Shown piece after piece: positions 27,813-38,236 of a stretch of DNA of 64,000 nt; the stretch's first letter is position 1; each line of letters begins with the position of its first letter. Made by a program: the position numbers and the translations under genes. The notes beneath the pieces are model-generated. The model saw only the letters and a list, made by a program, of their open reading frames with translations, made no database searches and had not been told where the DNA came from. The DNA is from an uncultured delta proteobacterium (lineage in GTDB: Bacteria > Desulfobacterota > Desulfobacteria > Desulfobacterales > B30-G6): NCBI GenBank assembly GCA_963823335.1, contig CAWGLD010000004.1, positions 416,001 through 480,000 of the forward strand, in the 5' to 3' direction.

Positions 27813-28540
27813 TTGACGTCCAAAATATTTACAAGACCTTCTTTGTGCCGCATGAAGTCAAAGCGCTCGTCAATGTATCCTGTCAAATCAAGGCCGGCGA
27901 AGTCGTGGTTGTCTGCGGGCCCTCCGGATCGGGCAAGAGCACCCTGTTACGATGCATGAACCGCCTTGAAAAAGCGGAAACAGGCCATATTGTCATTGAC
28001 GGTACCGACATTCTCAGCCCCAAGACCAACATCAATAAAGTCCGTGCCGAAGTGGGGATGGTCTTCCAGTCTTTCAATCTTTTCCCCCACAAGACCGTTT
28101 TTGAGAACGTTGCCCTGGCCCAGCTCGTGGTCCGCAAAAGATCCAAAAAAGACGCCCGCAAGAAAGCCGATTTTCTGCTCGATAAGGTCGGGATTACCGA
28201 CAAGGCAAAGGCCTATCCGGACAATCTCTCGGGCGGACAACAGCAGCGTGTGGCCATCGCCCGGGCTTTGGCCATGGACCCGAAGGTGATGCTGTTCGAC
28301 GAACCCACGTCGGCCCTGGACCCGGAAATGATCGGCGAGGTCCTGGATGTCATGAAAACACTGGCGCGAGAAGGCATGACCATGGTTGTGGTTACGCACG
28401 AGATGGGATTTGCCAAAGAAGTGGCAGACCGCGTCATATTTATGGACGCCGGTTCTGTGGTCGAAGTGGGTACACCCAAGCATTTTTTCGAAAACCCCGA
28501 GCACGATCGAACCAAACTGTTCTTGAGTCAGATACTCTAA
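27809..28540 (+). CDS. Polar amino-acid ABC transporter ATP-binding protein (GlnQ-like)
   Basis: [37 protein letters not shown]. Confidence 0.95.
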   Translation: MIDVQNIYKTFFVPHEVKALVNVSCQIKAGEVVVVCGPSGSGKSTLLRCMNRLEKAETGHIVIDGTDILSPKTNINKVRAEVGMVFQSFNLFPHKTVFENVALAQLVVRKRSKKDARKKADFLLDKVGITDKAKAYPDNLSGGQQQRVAIARALAMDPKVMLFDEPTSALDPEMIGEVLDVMKTLAREGMTMVVVTHEMGFAKEVADRVIFMDAGSVVEVGTPKHFFENPEHDRTKLFLSQIL

Positions 28541-28555
28541 CCTGCTTCGCACATC

Positions 28556-28720
28556 TTGCACTTCGTGCGATATTAGCGCTGCGCGCGTCATTGATGGTCA
28601 TTTACTTCGTGTCATTCATCGTAGCTCTCAGCTTTAAGCAACAATGAATTACGCGCGAAGCGCAAATATCGTCCGATAGGACAAATGTCACACGAAATGT
28701 AAATGACGTCCGAAGAACAG
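28556..28720. repeat. Mini-hairpin array, with units in both orientations
   Basis: TTGCACTTCGTGCGATATTAGCGCT shared with 11709; AATATCGTCCGATAGGACAAATG shared with 15232. Confidence 0.8.
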
Positions 28721-28865
28721 TTTTCCATATCTTGTGTCTAAAATCCGTTTTAGCACTCCAGCTTGTGTTTTATCTTTACAACTCCCCCATTCCTTGTTAT
28801 AAATTCGTATTCATAAATAACCATCGTTACACGATTGTTATTAACGTACCAGGAGAACACCTCTC

Positions 28866-31800
28866 ATGAAGCTGAAAAAATTGGAAATACTGGGATTCAA
28901 GTCTTTTCCGGAAAAGGCGGCTATTTCGTTTCCCCAGGGTATTTCTGCTGTCGTCGGTCCCAATGGCTGCGGCAAAAGCAATATTGTCGATGCACTGCGC
29001 TGGGTGATGGGTGAACAGAGTGTCAAACAGCTGCGCGGCAAGAACATGGAAGATGTTATCTTTTCCGGCACCAGTGGCAAACCGCCCTTGAACATGGCCG
29101 AGGTTTCCCTGACACTGCTCAACGACAACGGGTCAGCCCCCGAAGAACTCAAAGACTTCACCGAAATCAATGTAACCAGGCGACTGTACCGATCCGGAGA
29201 GAGTGCCTTCTTTATCAATCGCCAGCCCTGCCGCTTGAAGGACATCCATAACGTCTTCATGGGAACTGGCATGGGAGCCAAGACCTATGCGGTCATTCAG
29301 CAAGGCAACATCGGTGTCATAACGGACGCCGGTCCTGATGAGCGACGCCTGTTTATCGAAGAGGCCGCCGGGGTCACACGATATAAAAACCGCAAAAAGG
29401 AAGCCCTGAGCAAAGTCGCTTCAACACACCAGAACCTCTTACGGGTAAGTGACATTATAACGGAAGTCAATCGCCAGATGGCGGGTCTGAAGCGTCAGGC
29501 ACGGATAGCCGAACGGTATAAAAAATACTCGGACCGGCTCAAAACGCTCACTATTCAACTGGGCATCCATTACTATGATGACTATGCCGAAAAAATAGCC
29601 AGTACCAGCCGGCTGCTTCAAACACGAAAAGACGACGATCTCCAGCATGCATCCCAGCTAAAGAAAATCGACGCGGCAGTGGAAGAGATTAAATTGAAAC
29701 GCTGGCAAAAGAATCAGGAAATCTCGACCCAGAAATCACAGACATTCGAGGCCCAGCGTAAAATAGACCGCCTAGAAACGGATATCGACCACCTGCGCAA
29801 CGAGATCGAACGGTATGCGCATGAGGTGATCGGACTGGAAACAGCCAGAAACGGCCTGGAGGAAAAAAATTCCAGCATCATCGAAGAGATCGATGTGGTC
29901 GAAAAAGAATATGCGTCGCTGTCTGCCGAAAAAAAAGTGGCCACATCCCAGATCGACGCGAAACAGACAGATTATCAACACATACGGGACCAGCTAACCC
30001 AACTGAATCAACAGCTCGAGGTGAGCAAATCAGCTCTCATGGAGATGGTTGCCGAGGAAGCACGCTACAAAAATACCTACCAGAACGCCAACAACAACAA
30101 AGAAAATCTGGCCCGGCGACGGAACCGTATAGACCAGGATATCGAAGCAGCTCAACAGCATGTCCAGGAAGCTAAAGAATCTGTTTTGGTGCATGAAAAA
30201 GACATTTCTCTTCTTCGAGAAAACCTGGCAAAACTGAAGACTGAACTGACGGCCATTGAAAACCAGGTCAACACCAAAATAAAATCTCTGAGCCGGCAGG
30301 TTAAACAGACCCAATCTACGGAAATGGAGCGCAATCAGATCCGATCACAGGTGTCGGCACTGAAGAAATTGTCTGAAAGCTACGCCTGGTACCGCGACGG
30401 TGTTCAGGCAATTATGCGCATTCGCACGAATCCGTCCGAAAATACGTCACCCGGTTCTGAACTCCCGGAACAGCCGAAAGCAGGTGTCGGCACCGGGTTT
30501 TCGAAAGATATTGTAGGGCTGATGGCGGAGGTCATCGAACCGGATCCGACATACGAAACAGCAGTGGAATCGGTTCTGGGAGATGCGCTGCAATATATCA
30601 TCGTCAAGGATCAGGAGACCGGCATACAGGCCATAGACTATCTCCAGGCCACAGGCGCGGGGCGGGGCGGGTTTATTCCTATTCCGGGCATCAAACCCGT
30701 ATCGCCGAATACCCTGGGGAGCACTGAATCGTCCCAAAGCCTTCTGCAGCATGTGTCTGTGAAAGCCGGCTTTGAAGATGTCGCCAACGCGCTCCTGGGT
30801 CATGTCTTCGTGGCCGACAATCTGGTCGAAGCCCGTACCCGTTTCAATCAAAACGGCCGCATCCAGACGATTGTCACCAAGGACGGCAACATCATTTCCC
30901 ACCAGGGTGTCTTTCTCGGCGGCAGTAAGGATAAATTGTCCAACATTCTCACCAAAAGGCAGGAACTGAAGGGGATGACCCGACAGGCAGCACAACTCGA
31001 CAAGAAGGTCGAATCCGAAAGAAATACACAGGAAATCCTTGGAAAAGAGGTTCGAAAGCTGGAAGAAACCTTGCAGCAGCATATCGAAAAGAAAGAGAAA
31101 CTCCTGGTTGAAGAAAGAGAAGCCGAAAAAAATCTGTACCAGACTGCTGAAGAATTGAAACATGCCCGGCGCCATCTGGAAATGCTGCTCCTCGAGCGGG
31201 AACAGCTGATCGGCGAAGAAAACAACATCGATGTCGAAATCAGTAAATTTCAAAAGGCCATCGCCGAAATAGAACAAAACGTTGGCAATGCCCAGAAGAC
31301 CGTCACAGATACCAATCAAAAAATAAGCGGTGTCACGGAGGTCCTTGAAAACGCCAATCGACAGATTGTCGATCTGCGTCTCAAGCATACCTCACTCATC
31401 GCAAGCGTCGAAAACAACCAAAACACGTTGCGGCGTCTAAAGGATTTCTGGCAGGATGGTTTAAAAAGACTGGAGCAACTCACCCAGGACATTACCATCA
31501 AAAAAGAGAAGCGCATCGCATTGAAAGAAAACAACAAACGCCTGGACGATGAACTGTCCCATATGTATGTGCAGTTCAAGCAACTCAAAGAGGTACTCCA
31601 GCATAATGAGGCTGACTACTTGACCATTGACGAAGAGCTGCAGGAAAAGGACGTTATTGTTTCGAACATCCAGAAAGCCAGGGAAACCACGCTCCAGAAT
31701 ATTCGCCTGCTTGAACTGGAACAGTCGCAACAGACCATCAAGCAGGAAAATATCGCTAACCGTTTAGAGGAGAAATACTTTCAGACCATCGACCAACTGA

Positions 31801-32498
31801 GGCTGCAGGTAGAAAAGATACCCGAAGCCCCCCCCTTGCCGGTCACAGGCATGGAAGAAGAAAAAGAACGTCTGGGATCTAAAATCGCCAGAATCGGGGA
31901 TGTTAACCTGGGAGCCATCGATGAATACGATGAGTTGAAAACCCGCTATGATTTTCTCATGGAGCAGCAGGAAGATCTTGACAAGGCCATCCAGGATCTT
32001 CACAAGGTCATCAAGAAGATCAACCGGATTACCCAAGAGCGTTTTATCAACACATTTAACGCCGTCAATGAAAAACTGGCCGAAGTCTTTCCACGCCTGT
32101 TCGAAGGCGGTGCAGCCAAACTGGTCCTGACAGATCCGGACAAACCCCTTGAAACGGGTGTGGAATATATGATTCACCCGCCAGGTAAAAAACTGACGCG
32201 CATGAGCCTCCTTTCGGGTGGTGAAAAGGCCATGTCCGCCATCGCTTTTATTTTCTCCATTTTTCTTATCAAGCCGACGTCTTTCTGCCTCATGGACGAA
32301 ATCGACGCCCCCCTGGACGATGCCAATGTTTTTCGCTTCAATGACCTGCTGAAGGTAATCGGCCAGAAATCGCAGATCATCATGATCACACACAACAAGC
32401 GTTCCATGGAATTTGCAGATACCCTGTTTGGCATCACCATGGGTGAAAAAGGGGTGTCCAAGATTGTCTCGGTCAACTTCGACAGGCAACCCAGCTAG
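28866..32498 (+). CDS. smc: Chromosome segregation protein SMC
   Basis: GFKSF, GPNGCGKSN, coiled coils with hinge, LSGGEK, MDEIDAPLD. Confidence 0.97.
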   Translation: MKLKKLEILGFKSFPEKAAISFPQGISAVVGPNGCGKSNIVDALRWVMGEQSVKQLRGKNMEDVIFSGTSGKPPLNMAEVSLTLLNDNGSAPEELKDFTEINVTRRLYRSGESAFFINRQPCRLKDIHNVFMGTGMGAKTYAVIQQGNIGVITDAGPDERRLFIEEAAGVTRYKNRKKEALSKVASTHQNLLRVSDIITEVNRQMAGLKRQARIAERYKKYSDRLKTLTIQLGIHYYDDYAEKIASTSRLLQTRKDDDLQHASQLKKIDAAVEEIKLKRWQKNQEISTQKSQTFEAQRKIDRLETDIDHLRNEIERYAHEVIGLETARNGLEEKNSSIIEEIDVVEKEYASLSAEKKVATSQIDAKQTDYQHIRDQLTQLNQQLEVSKSALMEMVAEEARYKNTYQNANNNKENLARRRNRIDQDIEAAQQHVQEAKESVLVHEKDISLLRENLAKLKTELTAIENQVNTKIKSLSRQVKQTQSTEMERNQIRSQVSALKKLSESYAWYRDGVQAIMRIRTNPSENTSPGSELPEQPKAGVGTGFSKDIVGLMAEVIEPDPTYETAVESVLGDALQYIIVKDQETGIQAIDYLQATGAGRGGFIPIPGIKPVSPNTLGSTESSQSLLQHVSVKAGFEDVANALLGHVFVADNLVEARTRFNQNGRIQTIVTKDGNIISHQGVFLGGSKDKLSNILTKRQELKGMTRQAAQLDKKVESERNTQEILGKEVRKLEETLQQHIEKKEKLLVEEREAEKNLYQTAEELKHARRHLEMLLLEREQLIGEENNIDVEISKFQKAIAEIEQNVGNAQKTVTDTNQKISGVTEVLENANRQIVDLRLKHTSLIASVENNQNTLRRLKDFWQDGLKRLEQLTQDITIKKEKRIALKENNKRLDDELSHMYVQFKQLKEVLQHNEADYLTIDEELQEKDVIVSNIQKARETTLQNIRLLELEQSQQTIKQENIANRLEEKYFQTIDQLRLQVEKIPEAPPLPVTGMEEEKERLGSKIARIGDVNLGAIDEYDELKTRYDFLMEQQEDLDKAIQDLHKVIKKINRITQERFINTFNAVNEKLAEVFPRLFEGGAAKLVLTDPDKPLETGVEYMIHPPGKKLTRMSLLSGGEKAMSAIAFIFSIFLIKPTSFCLMDEIDAPLDDANVFRFNDLLKVIGQKSQIIMITHNKRSMEFADTLFGITMGEKGVSKIVSVNFDRQPS

Positions 32499-32555
32499 AT
32501 CAGGTGATAGCGTGACAATAGACTGTAGACAATGAACACGAAACGCCTAACAGTC

Positions 32556-32701
32556 TAGAAGCCATCTCAAAAAAAGGGTTTTGGCTCAAGTTCAAGGCGG
32601 GCCCGAACTTCAACCCGCAGGCATACTGAAGTATTCCGAGGAATTGAAGCAAGGGACCAACACAGAAATTGGGTCAAAAAACTTTTTTGAGATAGCTTCT
32701 A
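32556..32701 (-). repeat. MITE-like long hairpin element (covarying-core family)
   Basis: Termini TAGAAGCCATCTCAAAAAA / TTTTTTGAGATAGCTTCTA; minus strand reads CCAATTTCTGTGTTG...AATAC-ttca-GTATG...CGCCTTGAACTTG. Confidence 0.85.
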
Positions 32702-32730
32702 AACAACCTAATCGAAATAAATTAATCTTT

Positions 32731-33666
32731 ATGAACGGTAAGCCCTCAAACAACTCAGAGAAGAAAGGATTTTTCAGCCGTCTCAAACGGGGACTGTCAA
32801 AAACGCGGGAAATCCTCACCACAGACATTGACGACCTCTTTTCGGGTAACAGAAAACTCGACGATGACCTGTTGGAAGAACTGGAAGAACTTCTGATCAC
32901 ATCCGATATCGGCGTTTCCACCGCTATGGATATTATGGATAAAATCACCAAGAAGTCCTCGGAAATCCAAGATGCCCATGGTCTCAAACAGGTTCTAAAA
33001 AATGAGATCGCCGACATTATGGGTCATGTGACCCCCACCGCACAGACCGCGTCCGAAAAACCCCACGTTGTCATGGTTGTGGGAGTCAACGGTGTGGGCA
33101 AAACCACCACCATAGGCAAACTTGCGGCAAGGCAGACCAGCCAGGGCAGAAAAGTGCTTATATCAGCGGCCGACACCTTTCGCGCGGCTGCCGTCGAACA
33201 GCTCACGATCTGGGCCGAAAGAGCCCAGGCCGATATTGTCAAACACAAGGACAATGCCGACCCCTCGGCCGTCGTATTCGACAGTATCGAAGCCGCACTT
33301 TCACGCAATGTGGATATTGTTTACATCGATACGGCAGGCAGGCTTCACACCAAAATAAATCTGATGGAAGAGATCAAAAAGATCAAACGGACCATTGCCA
33401 AAAAAATACCCCAGGCCCCCCATGAAATCCTGCTGGTGCTGGATGCCACCACCGGGCAAAATGCCATTTCCCAGGCCACCCTGTTCAACGAAGCCCTGGA
33501 TATCACCGGTCTCGTCCTGACCAAGCTGGACGGCACGGCCAAGGGTGGTATCGCCGTGAGTATCTGCAGCACCTTGAATATCCCCCTCAAATACATCGGT
33601 GTGGGGGAACAGATCGACGACCTGCAGGTTTTCGACCCCAAGGCATTTGTGGAGGCGCTTTTTTAA
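32731..33666 (+). CDS. ftsY: Signal recognition particle receptor FtsY (start uncertain)
   Basis: GVNGVGKTTT, DTFRAAA, DTAGR, TKLDGTAKGG. Confidence 0.95.
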   Translation: MNGKPSNNSEKKGFFSRLKRGLSKTREILTTDIDDLFSGNRKLDDDLLEELEELLITSDIGVSTAMDIMDKITKKSSEIQDAHGLKQVLKNEIADIMGHVTPTAQTASEKPHVVMVVGVNGVGKTTTIGKLAARQTSQGRKVLISAADTFRAAAVEQLTIWAERAQADIVKHKDNADPSAVVFDSIEAALSRNVDIVYIDTAGRLHTKINLMEEIKKIKRTIAKKIPQAPHEILLVLDATTGQNAISQATLFNEALDITGLVLTKLDGTAKGGIAVSICSTLNIPLKYIGVGEQIDDLQVFDPKAFVEALF

Positions 33667-34317
33667 TATCAGGAACCTTTACATGCCAGTTATTGGCTGG
33701 CTATCTCAGAAAATATCAAGTGGAAATTGCATCAATAACTCCGTAAAGATTTACTGGATTATGTAAACCAGATTCTGTCGTTACTGTTTCATACCTTATT
33801 GTTACATAATCTCTTGTTTGTAGGGCACGGTGAAAATGATGTAGTCACCTAGTTTCCAGTGATTCGTAATTTCATAGGCTTATTCAGGAAGTTAAAGCTG
33901 GCTTTCAGGTACAATTTTCATAAACCAAATTTTGAAACGTCGCCACTTGCTTATAAAAGGCCCCTTGGTTTCAACGGCGATGCTGAATTTTAAACTACGT
34001 AAACCGTAATGGTAACATTGTTACAAAAGATGGGAGTAAAAGAGATGGACACCTTCCTATCGCGTATATATTATAATAATCATCTTGACGAGAGAATCAT
34101 GATTACGAACAATAGAGCCATTATACTCAACTTTCAGATTCAATATTTGCTTGCTTATCATCCGATATACCCTTGACATATATTCAGAAATGCTACAGAG
34201 TTATTTTTTATACTTATTAATGGTGATAAAAAGTTCTATCTGGTGTCATTAACTTATTTTTTTCATGTAGCGGGATTGGCTCTACTAAAAGCCACTCTTC
34301 TAAGGGAGAACCAACGC

Positions 34318-35148
34318 ATGATTAAACGTATTCTAGTCGGATTAGGTGGAACACCCTTCACAACCGTGGCCACTAAAATTGCCACGGAGTTGGGGGATCT
34401 GCACCAGGCCCAACTCACCGGCGTGACCGTGGTGGACACCAACAAACTGGACAAGGTAGGACCTGTACCGGCGGGTGGAGCAGCCTACGCCCAGCGTATG
34501 CGCGAAAGAAAAGCCCAAATCACGAAAGAGGGGACACATCAAGCCATTGCCGCCTTCAAATCACATTGCAGTAAGCAGCAGGTGGTTTGCCGCCGCATCG
34601 AGTATGAGAAAAAAGACCCGTTTGCTGCCATGATATCCGAAGCCCGCTACAACGATCTGACAATATTTGGGCTGCGCAGCATATTCGACTACGGTTTTAC
34701 CTCCGACCCGGACAAAGCCATTATTAAATTATTGACTCAGGGGGTGCGGCCGATTCTGGCCGTGGCGGAAACCTACCGGCCCATCGAAAAAGCGCTCATC
34801 GCCTACAGCGGCTCCATGGAGTCAGCCAAAGCACTCCGCCACTTTCTCCATTTGAACCCCTGGCCGGGGGTAAGTCTTCATATCGTGCATTTCAAAGAGG
34901 GGCCCGAGAAAGAACCATTCCTGTTGAAAGATGCTGCTGAATTCTGTGACGCCCACGGTTTCGAAGTGAAAACCGATGCAGTGGAAGGACAGGCTCGAAC
35001 GAGTCTGCTGCCCTTTGCCCGGGAAAATGACGCCGATCTCATCGTCATGGGCAACAGTGTGAACAAGGCCATACTGCGGCGTCTGCTGGGTGATACGCTG
35101 CTGCAAACCATAAAGTCGGCCGACCGGGCGCTTTTCCTATCTCAATAA
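34318..35148 (+). CDS. Universal stress protein (tandem Usp domains)
   Basis: MIKRILVG, ALIAYSGS..S..AL, ADLIVMG...LLGD; RBS AAGGGAG. Confidence 0.88.
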   Translation: MIKRILVGLGGTPFTTVATKIATELGDLHQAQLTGVTVVDTNKLDKVGPVPAGGAAYAQRMRERKAQITKEGTHQAIAAFKSHCSKQQVVCRRIEYEKKDPFAAMISEARYNDLTIFGLRSIFDYGFTSDPDKAIIKLLTQGVRPILAVAETYRPIEKALIAYSGSMESAKALRHFLHLNPWPGVSLHIVHFKEGPEKEPFLLKDAAEFCDAHGFEVKTDAVEGQARTSLLPFARENDADLIVMGNSVNKAILRRLLGDTLLQTIKSADRALFLSQ

Positions 35149-35149
35149 A

Positions 35150-37444
35150 ATGACCACAGCGAAACTAATTAGCCAGCACCACGACCCTGGCTGCAGCGGT
35201 TTGGGGCTGCTCAGTACAGCGTTGCCGCTGTTGCTCTTCATCGGCCTTTGCTATCTCTGGCCAGAAGTGGTGCGCGGGCACGTTTACCAAATCCAATGGC
35301 CCTGGATACCTAGCCTGGACCTGTACCTGCGATTTCGTCTCGACGGCCTGAGCCTGCTCTTTTGCCTGATCGTCACCGGGGCCGGTTTTTTCGTCAGCCT
35401 TTACTCTTCTTCATATATGGCCGGTCATCCACATGTGGGCCGCTATTTTGCCTTCCTGCACGCCTTCATGCTCTCCATGCTGGGGATCGTTACAGCCGAC
35501 AATCTGCTGCTGCTCTTCGTCTTTTGGGAGGGCACCACGGTCTTTTCCTATCTGCTTATCGGGTTCGACCACGAAGCGGACACCGCTCGTGACAATGCCC
35601 GTCAGGCCATTTTAATCACTAGTGCCGGCGGCTTAGCATTGCTCATCGGTATCCTGCTTTTGAAAATCGCGGGTGTCTCCTTCACCATCAGCCATTGGGT
35701 AGGGGCTGGCGATCAGATCCGTCAGCATGCCTTGTATCCTGCCATTTTTACAGCTGTATTGTTGGGCGCTATCACTAAGTCGGCTCAGTTCCCCTTTCAT
35801 TTCTGGCTACCCAATGCCATGAGCGCCCCCACGCCCGTCAGCGCCTTTTTACATGCGGCCACCATGGTCAAGGCCGGCATCTATCTGTTGATGCGCTTTC
35901 ACCCGCTGCTGGGGGGTACGCAACTGTGGATGACGACCCTGGTCCTTATCGGTGGCATCACGGCCCTGTGGGGCGCTGTGCAGGCCTTGGCCCCATCCGA
36001 CCTGAAACGGGTCCTGGCCTACACCACCATGATGGCATTGGGCATCCTGACCATGTTCCTCGGCGGCGAGACAGCGCCGGCCCTCACGGCAGCCACCACC
36101 TTTCTGCTGGTCCACGCCCTATACAAGGCCGCCCTCTTTCTGGCTGCCGGCAGCATCGACCACCAAACCGGCACCCGCCTTTTGGATCACCTCGGCGGAC
36201 TCTGGCGTGCCATGCCCCTGACCGCTCTGGCCGTGGCCGCCGCAACCATGTCCATGGCTGGATTTCCACTGTTTTTCGGATTCATCGGCAAGGAGATCAT
36301 GTACAAGGGGGCGCTGACCGAAACGGCCTATCCCGTTTTTGCCACCACCATCGCCCTGCTTTCCAACGCGTTGATGACCGGAGTGGCCGGGACCATCCTG
36401 CTCGGCGTGTTTTTCGGCAGACGCCCGACCGCCCTGGCGGCGGTCCGCGAAGTGCCCTGGACCATGCGATTCGGTCCCAGCATCATGGGCGGCCTGACCA
36501 TCCTGTTCGGCATTTTCCCCTGGTGGGTTTCCGCCAATCTGGTTCAGCCCGCCGTGCTGGCCTTTCACCCGACCAGGGAAGAGATCCACCTGAAACTCTT
36601 TCACGGATTCAACACACCGCTACTGCTCAGTCTCATCACCCTGACGCTGGGCGGACTGATCTATTTAACGCGGCAACACATGCGTATATGGGTCGGTACA
36701 CTGAGACAACGGCTGCCGGTCACATCCCAGCGCACCTATCAATTCGGCCTCGACCTGTTCATCCGAACAGCGCAAACGGTAACCAGCGGTCTGCAAAACG
36801 GATCACTGACCGCTTACCTGGCCATCATTGTGCTTTGCATGGCGGCCGCCGTGGGATGGCCCTGGTTCAGCAGCGCCAAAGCTGCCCTGAGCATACCTGT
36901 ACTGGACGGCCCCATGGCCGCCGTGGGTCTGGTATTGATGATTTTAGCCGCTACCACCGTGGTGCTCACCGCTAAAGGGCGTCTGGCCGCCATCTGCGGT
37001 TTAGGTGGTGTGGGGGCGGGAGTGGCCCTGATTTTTCTAGTATTCGGGGCGCCTGACCTTGCTCTGACGCAACTCATGGTAGAAACGCTGACCGTGATTT
37101 TCGTCTCATTGGTATTGCCACGGCTGCCCACTCTGAATCGTGAGAAAAGAAGGCCGCTGATGCGCCGAATTATGACCGCAGGCCTCTGTGCGGCCGTGGG
37201 CCTGCTGGTCACCTCCCTGCTGATGGGCGTCGTGCAGCCCCCCCTGGATCGCAGCCTGACCGCTTTTTACGAGTCTAACAGCTACCTGGCGGCCCACGGC
37301 CGCAACATCGTCAATGTCATCCTGGTCGACTTTAGGGCCCTGGACACGCTGGGCGAAATCACTGTTGTCGTACTGGCAGCCTGGGCGGGCATCGCCCTGA
37401 TCCGCAAACCCAAGGAGCGCCATCCGTGCAATCCGTCATCCTGA
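35150..37444 (+). CDS. mrpA: Mrp Na+/H+ antiporter subunit A
   Basis: DGLSLLF, FWEGT, KSAQFPFHFWLPNAMSAPTPVSA, NVILVDFRALDTLGE. Confidence 0.93.
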   Translation: MTTAKLISQHHDPGCSGLGLLSTALPLLLFIGLCYLWPEVVRGHVYQIQWPWIPSLDLYLRFRLDGLSLLFCLIVTGAGFFVSLYSSSYMAGHPHVGRYFAFLHAFMLSMLGIVTADNLLLLFVFWEGTTVFSYLLIGFDHEADTARDNARQAILITSAGGLALLIGILLLKIAGVSFTISHWVGAGDQIRQHALYPAIFTAVLLGAITKSAQFPFHFWLPNAMSAPTPVSAFLHAATMVKAGIYLLMRFHPLLGGTQLWMTTLVLIGGITALWGAVQALAPSDLKRVLAYTTMMALGILTMFLGGETAPALTAATTFLLVHALYKAALFLAAGSIDHQTGTRLLDHLGGLWRAMPLTALAVAAATMSMAGFPLFFGFIGKEIMYKGALTETAYPVFATTIALLSNALMTGVAGTILLGVFFGRRPTALAAVREVPWTMRFGPSIMGGLTILFGIFPWWVSANLVQPAVLAFHPTREEIHLKLFHGFNTPLLLSLITLTLGGLIYLTRQHMRIWVGTLRQRLPVTSQRTYQFGLDLFIRTAQTVTSGLQNGSLTAYLAIIVLCMAAAVGWPWFSSAKAALSIPVLDGPMAAVGLVLMILAATTVVLTAKGRLAAICGLGGVGAGVALIFLVFGAPDLALTQLMVETLTVIFVSLVLPRLPTLNREKRRPLMRRIMTAGLCAAVGLLVTSLLMGVVQPPLDRSLTAFYESNSYLAAHGRNIVNVILVDFRALDTLGEITVVVLAAWAGIALIRKPKERHPCNPSS

Positions 37445-37827
37445 AAACCGCTACCCGCTTGATGGTGGGAATGATCCTGGTTTTTGCGGTCTACCTGCTG
37501 CTCCGCGGGCACCACCAGCCCGGCGGCGGCTTTGTCGCAGCATTGGTAGCCGGTACCGGCTTTGCACTGTTCGCCATTGCCGAAGGGCCTGGCAAGGTCC
37601 ACCGTGCGATTCGTGTGCTTCCCGCAACCATTGCCTTCACAGGTCTGAGCCTTGCTATAATCGCTGGACTGCCTGCTGTGTTTGCGTCCCGGCCCTTTCT
37701 AACCGGCATGTGGTGGGACCTGGGACCGAAACTATCTATGGGCACACCGCTGATTTTCGATATCGGCGTCTTTCTGGCTGTGTTGGGCGCCATTCTGGTC
37801 ATTCTGCTGACCCTGGAGGAGAGCTGA
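37426..37827 (+). CDS. mrpB: Mrp subunit B
   Basis: RGHHQPGGGF, FDIGVFL. Confidence 0.93.
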   Translation: MQSVILKTATRLMVGMILVFAVYLLLRGHHQPGGGFVAALVAGTGFALFAIAEGPGKVHRAIRVLPATIAFTGLSLAIIAGLPAVFASRPFLTGMWWDLGPKLSMGTPLIFDIGVFLAVLGAILVILLTLEES

Positions 37828-37828
37828 C

Positions 37829-38236
37829 ATGGAAGCACTGCTCGCCTGTCTGATTGGCCTGATGTTCGCCGCAGCTCTGTATCTAATACTCTCCGGCTCT
37901 TTGGTCAAGTTCGTCTTCGGATTCACCCTCATCGGCAATGCCGTCAACCTGCTGATCTTTACGGCTGGTCGTTTGCACCATGTACAACCGCCGTTGATTC
38001 CACCAGATCGCACCGGCCTGACCCATGCGGTTTCCAACGCCCTGCCCCAAGCCCTGATTTTGACTGCCATCGTCATCGGTTTTGCCATGGTCACCTTCGT
38101 GTTGGTCCTGTTGCTGCGCACCTATGCGCATACCGGAACATTGGACGTGGACGAGGCGTCCTTCTTGAATGAAGCCGGGGAAGATGAGCCGGAACCGGCC
38201 GGTCAGGATCAAACGGTACAAAGGCGGCCGTCATGA
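37829..38236 (+). CDS. mrpC: Mrp subunit C
   Basis: NAVNLLIF, LPQALILTAIVIGF. Confidence 0.93.
   Translation: MEALLACLIGLMFAAALYLILSGSLVKFVFGFTLIGNAVNLLIFTAGRLHHVQPPLIPPDRTGLTHAVSNALPQALILTAIVIGFAMVTFVLVLLLRTYAHTGTLDVDEASFLNEAGEDEPEPAGQDQTVQRRPS

Noticed and set aside
33667-34317. Riboswitch upstream of usp-mrp
   Set aside because: AT-rich with no aptamer consensus I can recognise; only a short palindrome GTAACA-T-TGTTAC (34012-34024). An Rfam scan would settle it
35926-36975. 349-aa alternative-frame ORF inside mrpA
   Set aside because: Arg/Pro/His-rich shadow of a GC-rich gene with no recognisable motifs
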